Source: Balanoglossus misakiensis
Lineage: Eukaryota > Animalia > Hemichordata
Reading direction: 5' to 3'
DNA: 64,000 bases
Assembly (NCBI GenBank): GCA_040954595.2
Contig: CM082587.2
Location: 6,809,705 to 6,873,704, forward strand
Positions 34,601 to 47,400 of the stretch are shown here, piece after piece. The notes below the pieces were generated by a model. That model was not told where the DNA came from. It saw only the letters and a program-made list of their open reading frames with translations, and ran no database searches. Within the stretch, counting starts at the first letter, position 1. Each line of letters starts with the position of its first letter. The position numbers and the translations under genes were made by a program.

Positions 34601-37600
34601 CAAATCTGCTCTGGGATCGTCGCGTGTAATTTTGCCGGATTTTTTTGAGAAACCCAAAAATTGAATATCGAGCTGACGGTTAACGGCATTGATAACATTT
34701 TGACCTTGCGTAAATGGGACTTTAAGGCAGGCCAGGTTACATACACGAAACTGACGTGACAGCCAATTTTAGATAATTGTGTATCTTTTTCACAGCTGGT
34801 TCTCTTCTGGGTTTTGTCCTTTCTTTCTTGAATTGATAGAGGATTTTGGTAGACGCCGCCATGACTATCTAGCTTAGGAATAATAACTTAATCACACTAT
34901 CATAAGTCATTCTGCACGACGAGCCACCCACCATTCCGCCCGCATGTATGCAAGTATGTAATTATGTAATTGACCGTGTTTCTTAAAACTCTTCCGTATA
35001 CTTTCGTGATCGATCATGAATTTGAAAACTACAGTGTCGAATTGGTGAGTTGAGAGACATTGGCTAGAATTAAGTAAATATTACTCTTTTGTAAATTTTA
35101 AGTTTAATATTTTCTTGTTTATTATGGATGTCTTGGATTACATTGGAAATGTGTGTTTGTATTTTTATGATATCCCTAGCCAGCTGGCGCAGTTGTTTCT
35201 GCTGTTTGTAATATGTATTTTCGTTTTGTTCTGCTAATCAAATCAACGAATTATCCGTTCAGTAACTTTGATTTCAGAACTTCCCATCGTGATAATTTAA
35301 AATTTTCCCAACTTTTGTAGCTATTAACCGATATCAAATAATCTGCACACAAAAAATTACAACTCAAAATATGGCCAATATAAACATAGATTTTTAGGGT
35401 GATCACGGACGCGCCTGTGAATTGATAGATTGAGAGTTTGTCAAGGGGGAGTTCTTCCTCTGGAGGAATTCCAAGAGGAGGAGGAGGGGGGGGGGCTTTA
35501 ACACACAATATATTTTAGTAGAGTTTTTAATTATCGGGCGCTTTTATCAGCGTTGAAATAAATCAAAGCTCTGCAATAGCCTGGGAAGAAAGATGATCTC
35601 CCCCGTGAATTCAAGAGCTTCATTCAGATTCATTGTAATTGTAGTACTTCCTCCCACCGGCTATCAGATATAACAATCTACTCCGCCATTAATCATCGCA
35701 AAAAAAATTTACTCGTCGAAAGTGAGCTGAATATTCGCTGTTTTTTACGCGCCGTGAGATGTTTTCAAGCCGAGGGTGGAGAAATGTTCGGTTTGTGAGC
35801 GCCATATTGGTGTAGTTCGCTAAAGTTCGCCCGTCTGTATGTCCACTGCAACGCACGCCATGTTTAAGTTGCGCATGAAAAGATGGAGAATTATTCATTG
35901 TAAGATTCTTATCACGTAACAATATTGGTAAAGTGGTATACACGTGCAAATCCCAATGCTACCAAACTAACCCCCCCCCCCCCCCCCAAAAAAAAACACA
36001 CACACACACCACTCATACAAAGTAGAAACCACTAAATTTCAATGGGGGTAATCGCAATATCATATTTATTGGCTACAATTTACATGGCTTGGACGAATGT
36101 TGAGTTACCACGGGAAAGACAGATCGGAATAAAAATGAGGTACCTTTCAGATAGACGCTCAATATCAGGGGGTCACCCTCAAAGTCAATTTTCTCGGTGT
36201 AATACTCGTCAAAATGTCCATTGCATAGGGTACAGATCGTGTTTCGTTTGCCTTTGTTCTCATTATTTCCTGGATCAAATCGACTGTATGTGATAAAACC
36301 ATGGCCTTTGTGGGTTTTTTTCCTCGTTTTTGGATATTAATTTACGAGTCGTGGTGTACACATGCTATAAAAGTTCAAATAACAATTGGCGATACACTTG
36401 AAAGGTACTGGTGGAAATACACTTTGTGTGATTCACGCACCCAGGCGCAGGTCATCTGCAGGCACCAACTTGCCGGTCGATCATGTTCGCTGAAACTCTT
36501 CAGTAAGCGAATCCATTTATTAGGAAATGAATATACAACAACAGAGAGTTACAAAAGACTACAAATATAGCTTCCATGAAACCGTCACGGTTATTATTAA
36601 GCTTTGAGCACTTAGGCCTACATATCCCTATCTTAATTGTCTGTCCGTTTTGCTCCGTCGGTTGGAACCTGAGTATGCGCTATTATCATAGTATGCAGTG
36701 GAACCTCAATGGCGATACTGCACTTTATAGCCACAAGACATTTAATTTGTTCTTAATTTACTTTAATTTGAGAAAATATAATAATAGTAATCCGAATTTT
36801 ACTGAATAGTGGTTTTCGGTTCGGGGGCATTTCAACAATACATGAAATACTAGTACAGCACTATAAAACATGTCAAATTGGTCGTGTTTTATTAATTTTC
36901 CGGTCATTGCCGTCAAATACATCGTAAATACAGTCGCCTTACTTTGTTCTTTTATCTTAATTGTTTTGTGTTCATGAAGCCGCCGGATGATCTGTCTTGA
37001 ATTTCGCGGTCATGTTTGTACTTGAATAATTACTTGAATGGCCGAGGCGTGAAGCTGGGGGTCGGCTCAAGGGCGATCCTCGGTGTATACCGACCGACCC
37101 TGTTCAAAATATATCAAAATATAAAATGTGTGTACCACACATGTACAAATTTTAAAAATTACAATGTTTTTAACTTCGAGTAGTCCCCTACATATCCCAA
37201 CTCCCGGTTCAAATACGTTCTGCAGTTACAAGCCTAGAGGTGTTTATTAATTAAAGGTATACATACGGTCACCTCTAACTTACACGTGCCCATATACGGG
37301 AAGAACGCGTAAGTCTTCGAATGACCATGTCGTGGCGCACGTTTTTTTTTCACGTGGCCACCCAAGGGAAAATCTGTTATTGGCAAGATCTCACCTGTCA
37401 TGGTAACTGTGGATAAATTTGCACAGGTGACCGTTCACCGTTAAAAACCTATGCGGCGGGTTGGTTGCTTTACTCTGAATGGCGTAGCACCGCGTACGGG
37501 ATATCTCGCCGTAGAGGGCGTTGGGTGAACCGTGGACTGAACTTCTGTATGTCAGTCACAAATGTCGGTTTGCGTCAAGTTACTCTCGAGTACGAGCGCA

Positions 37601-38964
37601 TATCAATTTTTTCTATTTCAGAAATTATAAATGTTTCGTATTTTATTGATTATACATTTAACAGCATTCCCAATTTCCTCACTTTATCGAGCGCAAGCAA
37701 AAAAGAAAAGAAAAAGATGTTCGTCACGTATAAATGTACCCGGCCAAAACTCCCTTGTGTAAAGGCTTGGAGTGTGTCGTCAAGGTAGAAACCAATCATG
37801 AATTCACTTTATTGACATGGCAGCTGTTTTCCCCCCTTTGTTGCAATAAATAATGTTGTCATTGCAGTTTATCGAACGCAGACTTTTCGAGAAACTGATA
37901 TCATTTTTGCCACCGCAAATCCGAGTTCACCAGTGTTGCTGTATTCTTACACACTGTTGCTGGGCAGTCTTATAATTAATCGCCGATGACCCCCTCTCCC
38001 CCGACCCGACATGAAATTGTTAGTGTTCACACATTTCAAAGTTGCGTGTTTACAGCCTTATATCAGAACGTGATGTGCATGCAGCAGAACGAGAAGCCTT
38101 GGCTGATACTGTCACAGGGGACAAGACATTGTTATTTCATTGTTATATATGCACAGAACAAGAATAGCGAAGAAATAGACCAGAAAAAAGTGATGGAAAG
38201 GTACAGTGGCAAAGGTTTCCGGATGAATACGTTAGCGCAGGGTCACTTACAATGGATATTGCATGCTGAGTTTGGAGGTAAACCAGCCCCAGTTATCTCC
38301 ATACAAGTATCATCAAATTTCAAAGCCAAGGGCAAGGTGAGTGACGTCACTGGTCATGTACGTATACGAATGCCTTTGGATATTGAAAATCCATTGGCTG
38401 GGCTGCTGGACATACAAGGGAATAGTAATCAAGGGAATGAAAGTTGTGTACAGGTGGGATGGGGGTGTGGGTGGGGTATGCCTGCCTCCGACGACAGGAA
38501 TAGTTTTAATTCTAGTGATTCAAGTATACCGTTTGTGGACCACGGCTTATTATTGCTAGCAACAGCGGTGTCAGTGAATGCTACGATTGCACAACACGGT
38601 ACCGATGTAAACTGGTGGGGTACACTATAACCTATGTATGTATTTATGGGTTACATGAAATACGACAGCAAGGTCTGTCTGACCTCATGCCAGCGCATCA
38701 ATTCTTTCGTCGGTCAGATTCAGTCACGGGTCATTTGCTCGGCCGTTCATTCAACACTGGACAAACAACATATGTCCGTCAGTCAGTTATGCAAGTGCAT
38801 AACACAGCCTACAAAACACTGAGAGAGACCATATATGTGAAGATGTTATATGTTCGTGATTGTTTCAATTACATTTTCCCTTCATGATATTGCTGACGAT
38901 CCAAATCCAAACTCCAAATGGTGTTACCAAATGGTGAACTTCTGTTTTGTTTTTACAGGTTGAC

Positions 38965-41120
38965 ATGACCCGGCGAGTCGTTGGGCCCGACGGTGGGTGG
39001 GGGTGGCTGGTGGTTGCTGGGACTTTCGTGGTCCTGTTCATGACAGGGGGATTGATGCAGTCACTAAGTCCTCTGTACATAGACATCAGAACATCTTTCA
39101 ATGAGAGCGCCGAAGCCACTTCGTGGGTCTTTTCTGTTCTGGGATCAATGCTATTTTTTGCGGGTAAGTCGGGGTTTTACAAAGTACTTTCTCAAGACTT
39201 TTTTTCCTGACTTGTCTCAGCTGATATGTTGGTACAATTTGTTTTTCGTTATCTTTGTCAATGTTAGCCCCATAACAGCCACTGAATAATATGCATAAAG
39301 TTTCGTTGACTCAACACGATACCAATATCTGTAGGAGACTTTCAACATATTTGGATGGCATTCTCTTTTTAGCCTTTTTGGGAACGATCATTGGGAAAAG
39401 ACTGGGCTCTCGCGCCGCGATTATGTTAAGTGGATTAGTATCTTCTTCGGGATTTTTCATCGCTTACTTTGCCACCAATTTGAAAGTAATCTACTTCGCC
39501 CTGGGAATCGTTGCAGGTATGTCATGTGTATCGTGTGACATCTTTCTATACATCCACTGTGATATTGACTTTATTTATTATAGTCAAACAGCCTATAGGC
39601 TAAATGCGTTATCTTTAATAATGGTTAGCTTCATACAACTCGTTGTAGCTCTGTATAGGCCTACTGTAATATATATTTTCAACCTCTGTTTTTTTTTTAT
39701 TCTGTTTCAGGAACTGGTCTCGCAATATCTATATCTCCTGGCCTTGGAATGTTGGCGCTCTACTTCCCAAAGAAGCATTCTCTTGCAAACGGCATAGCGA
39801 TGACTGGCAGCGGCATTTGCATATTCGTTCTGCCGCTCTTGCTTCAGGCCTCCATTGACAGCTACGGCTGGAGAGGCTCCATGCTCATACTCTCCGCTAT
39901 TTGCGCGCACCTTGCCGTAGCTGGCGCGCTAATGAGGCCTCTGAAGCCTGCTGGTGACCATGGTGACGGGAAAGATGGTGCGGATAACTCCTTTCCCGCT
40001 CGAGACAAAAACAGCGGGGATGGAGCGAGGGAAGGTGGCGCTGCAGCATCTAACCGATGCGGCGGCTTTTTGCGTTACTCTCGCTTCCTGTTCTGCCATA
40101 GCATACAGTTCCCCCTTCTTGTCGTTTCCTTCGCATTCGCGACCTTTGCACTGCTGGGTGGCTCGGTGCATCTACAGCCGCGCGCGAAGGCAGCGGGAGT
40201 TGGCAGTCTTCAGGAGACGGCCTGGCTGGTTTCAACGATGGGCATTTCAAGCTTCGTAGGCAGACTATCCTGCGGGATCTTGGTTCAGTACAAGGTTATA
40301 TCCGCTACTAACATGTATATCGTAAGCGTGCTGATGGTCGGGGTATCCTTTCTGATCCCCCAGCTTGCTACGACCTACGGTGGCTTTGTTGTGTTGTTCG
40401 TCATTTTGGGGCTAGGGTCTGGCGTTTGCCTGGCGGTACTCCCCGTCTGCACGAGAGAGTACCTTGGGGCGGAACACATGCTAGTCGCCATGTCCGTTGT
40501 CATGTTCCCTGGGGGAGTTGGTCTTATTCTGGGGCCGCCACTAGCAGGTACCCAATCTCAACTTTAACAGTTCTGACGTATGTTTATTTTCTGAGATTTT
40601 TTATACGTGTGCTAGCTTTAGTTTTTTTCTGTTATGCGATGTTGAAGAAAGTTTGTCCTAATACCGAGGTGCAATCCTGGTAAAAAGAACTTAGGCCTAG
40701 GCTATAGCGTTATAAAAGTCGAATGGTAGGCGGTGAAAAAATCTGAGAAACTGCTTTGCAAGATGTCATTGGAAAAAGTAGGAAGGAAACACCATGTGTT
40801 CTACCAGATTTAAAAATCAGGAAAACGACAATATTTTTTAATTTTTAGAATCCACTACCTTATGAATATCCCGATTTCTCCGTCTTCACACAGGCTGGAT
40901 TTATGACGTCACGGGTAACTACGACTACTCTTTCTACGTGCTGGGTTGCATAAAATGCTTAGGGGGTCTCATCTGCGTCGCCGGCCAATGCGTCACGTGG
41001 AGGCGGAAGAGGAGGGAGACAGAAGACGAACTATCGACCGGCGAAGTGAGTCAACAGCTGGAAATCGTCGCTGATAATATATCGATGAGAGACGCCACCA
41101 CCCAAACTGGTGCTGAATAG
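38965..41120 (+). CDS. Monocarboxylate transporter family (SLC16/MCT, MFS) protein, ~468 aa, 4 coding exons
   Basis: Exons 38965-39163, 39373-39516, 39711-40547 and 40894-41120, with phase 1 GT-AG introns and a total of 1407 nt. SLC16 motifs PDGGWGWLVV, YFPKKHSLANGIAMTGSG, YGWRGSMLILSA and GPPLAGWIYDVTGNY. An acceptor at 38958 implies an unlocated upstream exon, so the start is uncertain. Confidence 0.9.
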
Positions 41121-44100
41121 GTGTGTTCGTGCAGGTGACGAGAATTCGAAGTGGATTTTAAATTCTTGCAATGCATTATGACTGAAGATGATTCAGACAT
41201 TAACAGCGGATAAGCTTACTAGACTCGAAAAGGCCAGCATTCAAGTTGTTATCATTTGAAATAGGTTTTTCGTGAAAAGAAACAAGCTTTTACAATGTGC
41301 TTTTGGTATTTGACCCCACAGACGAACTCTGGATACGAATCATAACAGCTGATTTCAATCATATTGGCCTCTGTTTTGAAGATGGTTAAACACCATATTA
41401 AACACCATAAATTTTGTTGTTTTTTCGTGTTACTGATAATTCCCAGTCAGAAAAATCCAGGTAGTTTATCTATACGGTTAATAACAAGAAATGCTTTTAT
41501 ATTCCTTGATATCAGCAACAAGAAGTACATGGGGTTTGTCGGCCATAATTTGTCAGTATGGACACTGGGGGCGCACTGTACATAATCTCTGAGCTGCCCG
41601 CCGTCGCGTCGCGTCCGTTTCAAAACAACGTAACGTTGGATGAATAATTCATAAAGGACAGGCTTTGTGCATTGATCGTGGTATTTTAAAATTTGGACGT
41701 TGCGGAACACGAAACAGGAGCATATTGTGTAATTTTGGACGAGAAATTCCAATCTCCCGCGCTGCCATTTCGACTGTGTGCACTTTCTAATATGGAGACC
41801 AACCTAACCGCGCAACCTGCATCGGATCTGTGGAGGTAAGTTTGAAAATGATACTACCAGCATCTCGGTTGACCGAACAGTATATTCAAACTCACCGGGA
41901 ATGACGGAGGAATTACAGTTAGTCACACTTGAGTTACATTTTGGAATATTGAGGAACTGCTAAGGCATGGAATCCAAAAATGAGCTAGTCTCATTTCGTG
42001 GAAGCCTAGCTGGCAATGCGCGTGATATAGTAATGATATAAACAACGGTCTTCATCGCCACGTCTGCCTGAGTCCGTCTGTGCTAATTTTAAATATTACA
42101 ACAGGTACACTGTTGTCAAACGTCCCTCCAGGAGGGATTTTGGTGATGAGGGATGCGTAAGGAGGGATTTGTTATCTGTCTAGGTTTGCGCTGTTCGATT
42201 TCAGCAAATGATATTGTCTTGGCAACGGTGCATCTTCTCACATGTACATGGCCAAAATTGAACTTGCTGAATTTTGCTGGTAGTGTGTAATGCGAGTGGT
42301 CACTTTGACTTCGAAATTAAAAACAAATGACATCATTCAATTACACACTTCTGCAAAAATTAACAAATGTGCAGAACTTTATTTTTAAAATATTAGACAA
42401 ATGTGACATACCGGTATAATACTGATATCATTATGGCAAGAAATATGCACACAGAAGACATGTACAAGCACAGACTGTTTTCTCTTTAAAATAATCATTA
42501 CATTTCTATTGAAGACTTTTAATATACAGCTGGAAATTGTGTGCTTGTTAAAAAATACTTGTTGAAGCTTTATTATATGCTGTTATCTGTGTCTGTAAAT
42601 GTTACGGTAACCTAATTTAGCAGTGCTAATTATTAGAAATCTGTAAATCAAGAGAACTGTACAAAAAAGGCATCCTGACATTTCCCAGGATTCGGTCTGA
42701 TCACTTTCAGTGATTCAATCCATTTTACCTGGCTGCCAAATACATATTCGTCTTTCAGGGTGTGGTCCGATCGTTGTGTTTACATCGCGACCTGAGTCAT
42801 ACTTCAATTTCCACCAGAAATTGATTTCCACCAAATTTTCATTCAAGGTTTCTGAAGTAAAAAATAAATAAAAAAAACCCTCGCATCTGGTGTCATGATC
42901 CTGCTACTATAATAACATTAAACAAATAATTGTATGCTTCAGTTCATATTTACATCTCCTTTTAATACAGTGAATTGTTTCCATGGTTTCGGGTGTCATA
43001 AATATGTAAATGAGTTTCTGCGCTTTTGTCAGCCAATGTAACAGCTGTTAGTTCGACCCCTGAACTACGGTGTGACCTCAATCACTTTCACTCACCCAGA
43101 TACACATTATATCTGAAATTCGTATAATTATAAAACCAGTTATGATTTTGTTTTAGCCAAGTCCATTCTATTTCATGACTCAATAATTTTCTCTAAAATC
43201 TCTGAGACTCTTATAATTTTTAAAATCAATTTTATCCAATAATTTTTTCATTTATCAAATTCATGTATAAATTCTATTAATAGTATTTGATGTACATGTA
43301 TGTAATAAATAAATACTAGTAAATGAGCATGATGATTGCAATCTATATGTACCTGTGCACTCATCAATTGTAAGAACACTTGATAAATCAAATGGTTTAC
43401 TTGTAGTGTTGTTTTAACTGTGAACTGATAAGGCTACAAGTACACTGTATGTACACGAGCTATTAATCAATGAGTAATTCCAGTAGCCGCACCGCACACT
43501 CTGGGTGTCTAGTTACAGTGCTATGTGCCTGTCGGTAATTTGAGTAAGGACACAGTATGGTTACTGTGGAGTGCGTAATTCCGGTAGCTAAATAGTTGCA
43601 TGCCCATCCTTCATCACCCCAAGTCTCGCATTGATAGACATCAGAGTTGCTAATTGTAGTAAAAAAGGCAGTTGGATTTTGCATTGCTGTAGGGAGACCA
43701 GTGGATAGCCTGTGTCGATAATTGTGTATCTGCATATAGATAATAGTGTGTGATTGCTGGGGCCTTGTCCAATTTGTAAATGTTGGTTTATTACATAATT
43801 GTACTGAATTCCAGTAAATGTACCAGTATGTTACTCTGGTGTACAGCAAAACCTGGTCTAAGCCAGACTTAAAAGCAAGTTGAGAATATTGTTCAGTTTA
43901 CAGAGTTTTCTGGTTTATAGTCAAAATTATACCCCAGCTTGCTTTTGTTCATGCAACTATACTTATCTGATCGCCATCACAACAACAGGGCAGATGTGTA
44001 ATAATGAGTGGACTCTTTAATTATTAGTGTACATGTACATATATTTTAATCCACTGCTATAAAAATAGCCATGGATGCTCAGACCTGGACATACCCAGGG

Positions 44101-44486
44101 TACATTCTTCTCATGACAATACAATAACATACATGTGTGAATGAAACCACAATTTGGATGCAACGAACTGTTTTGAAAGTGACAACATATATGTACATTG
44201 TACATGACTGGACGAAAGCCTTCAACAGTGTAGCATATCAAATCTGCTGTTTAAAATTGGAATGTAAATTGAGATTGTCCTCAATGCAAATATATTTGAT
44301 CTTGCCTACTCCAGGTAAACAACTAACACAACCGACATTGTGAGATATCTGTCAACTGACAACAAAGTGGAGATCTGTGCAAGAATTACTGAGCAATGAC
44401 AATTCATGAATATCAGTGGAAAGGTGTTCTTCTGACGACGGCGACAAAACCAGAGAAACTTTGACAAAGCTACTTTGCATATCATC

Positions 44487-47400
44487 ATGATTTTAAGGAA
44501 CTCAAATTTTTTGTTAACGATTTTAATATTAACTTTAGGTAAGTGAAATTATATATTTGTCATTATACAATTCATTGTACACTTGGTTACATTCTAATAA
44601 GCTGAGATTGATAATATAATGATTTCTCTTTAACTATTTTACCATGGCCGTCTCTTGCAGTTTTTGCAAGCATAAAAGCGCAGACCAATTCCGAGAAGTT
44701 CTTTGATGTGGACTCGTACTTGAGGTACAACCCCGTGACCTCACCGAGCCAGCATCATCTGGTAGGAGCGGAGAACCAGCTGGAGTTTCGATTCCGGTAC
44801 TGCTATGACCGCGGAATACTGCTGTATCAGGAAGGAGATTCCAGCTCCAGCGATTTGGGCTACTTCCTGGCGATAGGTGTCAACTCCCGTAGGATCTACT
44901 TAGAGTGGAAGGTTACAAGTGAAACCATTATCGAGGTGCGTGATGTGTTCGCACTTTTAGCCTATGCACTGAGATTAGAGTACCGATATATTGTCAGGGC
45001 CTGAGAATTTTTTACTAACTGTCAATCACAGTTGCTCTCATGAATATAATATCTTGATTTAATCCCTTATCTCCTGTCTGTTTACTAAAATTATTTGTCC
45101 AAGTTTTTGTGTTCTAGCGTATCATTAGTCATCTTTCAAATTTTTGTTGGTCGTCTTCTGTTGATCATTAATTTTCGTCTGTTTTTTAATTGGAGCAATC
45201 AGTTTTTCTTCTAGAATTGATTTCAGGATCAGTTTTTCTGTGCCTGGGATCAGATTTCCCCTAAAAATCAATTATTCTGGTGTTCAGACAAAAAGTTTTT
45301 CAAGGCATGCAGCACATCCCTACACGTGCAATTGACACTAGCAACAGCGCCCCCAGTGTCAGCACTCGTAAGCCCTCCCAGCTGACTACTAACAGTATCA
45401 ATGTTCATATCCACAGCTGTACATAGGCGATGGCAACCTACAACCGAACACCATTTACACAGTTGGGCTTTACAATTTGAACGGGCCGTTCCAGAATACA
45501 TTTGCATACATCAACGGCCTACCAGCAACTGTGGATTTTCTCACCCCGGTGACGACCGGCGGCCTGGACATGAGTAAATTGCTGGGTAATCTCTTTGTTG
45601 GGGGTTACCAGGATGTCAACCAGCTCAGGGTAAGTGTGGCATTACAATGTCATGTTTATTTTCAGATTTGAAGGACAGTTGCTGTCATTTCCAAGGTTGC
45701 CCCTTCACAACTAAAATTAGAAACATCAACAGTGTTCAGTGCAACCAAACATTGTTCAAAATGAATACTAAGTTTTTTTGAGAGTATAAAATCGTAATTC
45801 TAGAAATTAATTTCAGACAACAATTTACAGATCTTTGTTTTCAGTTTTTTTTATAATTGATGAATTATTCCATCATTAATTAATTAATTTCAATTAATAA
45901 TCAAATTAATGCATTGATGAATTACAGCTAGTGTCACCTTTTTTGATATACCTGGTATATAGAAAGCTAACCACATAGTCAGATTGCAATAGCCACCTAA
46001 TATTTGTAACTAATTAATTATTATTTTCCATGTCTGATTGCCAGTCAAGAGCGCAAACACTCAAATCAACTTTTATTTTTAATTTCAAGGTGAACACCGA
46101 GAGACTTCATGGTTATCTCGTGGCGTGCATAGACTACATCAGATCGGCCACAACCATCCTGGATTTGAATTCGGCCGACGTGACTTGGGGGGTCAAAAAC
46201 CAGTGCCCCACAGACTTCTGTGCCCCGCCGACCACCATCACACTGCAGACAACCTCATCCTTTGTTACCATGGATACACCACACCCACCCAGGACGCGGA
46301 CGGTGATCAGTCTGCGATTTCGCACGAGGTGAGCTTGGGGTTACCACGGTTTCGTTGATTTTCTTGCCAGAATAACAATTTGATTCTTCCAAATGAAGAT
46401 GATAAATTAGTACATGTTGCAATTCAATTTAGCTAAACATTTACTGTGATTTCAATTTACTATCATAGTAACAGATCACATTTTGTTTTGTTTTTGTTTT
46501 AGGGCACAGAATGGAATTTTGTTTTACTTTGGAGGCCCGGCGTATCTGACTGTTTACATGGAATTGGGGAGACTGGTTCTGGGTCTGAACACAAAGGTAT
46601 ATGGCTTGCAAAAATTGTTATTCTTGTCAATCTTGAATGATGTTTTGATGACTGAAAATCAAGAATTACAACTACCATAACACATTGTACTGATAGTTTA
46701 AATTTTGCAGTGAATTATTTTTTCACGTGATAAAGACACTATCAAAATTTCGACACTACTGTATGGTATAGTTTATCAGCATTTTCCACCATAGGAACGT
46801 GTGCATTTTTCTGTTTTTGAAAATATTGGTCTTTTGATCAGTGTTTTTCTGCAACATTCAATAACCTTTTGCGATTATTACCAACGAATCAAATATAACA
46901 TAAAAGTTTCACACCTTCATCAACATTTCAGGGAAGTGGAGAAGGTAGCTTCAGCCAGACCTCGTCTGCTAATTACAACGACGGACTGTGGCATTACATT
47001 CGTGTCACCAGAGAAGGCAGCGTCGCGAGATTAGAAGACGAAACTGGAGTTCAACTGGCGAGAGCTGTTTACAGTAAGTAATGCAAGCAGCATGCAGTCA
47101 CAGTTTTAATAGTACAGTAACCTTAGAAAGTGGTGAATGTTTATACAGTTTTTTATCAAGGATGCCACGCTTAATTAGTGGGTGGGTACATGCTTGTACC
47201 CCCACTGTGCCAATTAAAGATAAGGTCAGGAATTATTGGGGTGAATTGAAATGACTTTGTAAAACAAAAGATATCATCTAATAAATTGCACTTTGAGTCC
47301 CTTGATTGATTAAAGGGACAAGGTCTCTCTCTCGCTGCCCTTTTACCATTAATTATGTTTGTTTGATGCAAGACACCGTGTATGTTATTCTACATGTGGA

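Noticed and set aside
37986-38630. 214-aa ORF upstream of the SLC16 gene
   Set aside because: No recognisable protein. Faint minus-strand similarity to a decayed LINE ORF2 (KPWSTNGIL) is too weak to call without a search.
43463-44000. Minus-strand fragments (CETW, TRVT) reminiscent of a LINE endonuclease
   Set aside because: Motifs are short and out of expected order; would need a Dfam/RepeatMasker hit.
44995-45309. Possible hAT-like element starting CAGGGCCTGAG in an intron
   Set aside because: Terminal repeats are degenerate and no 8-bp TSD is visible.
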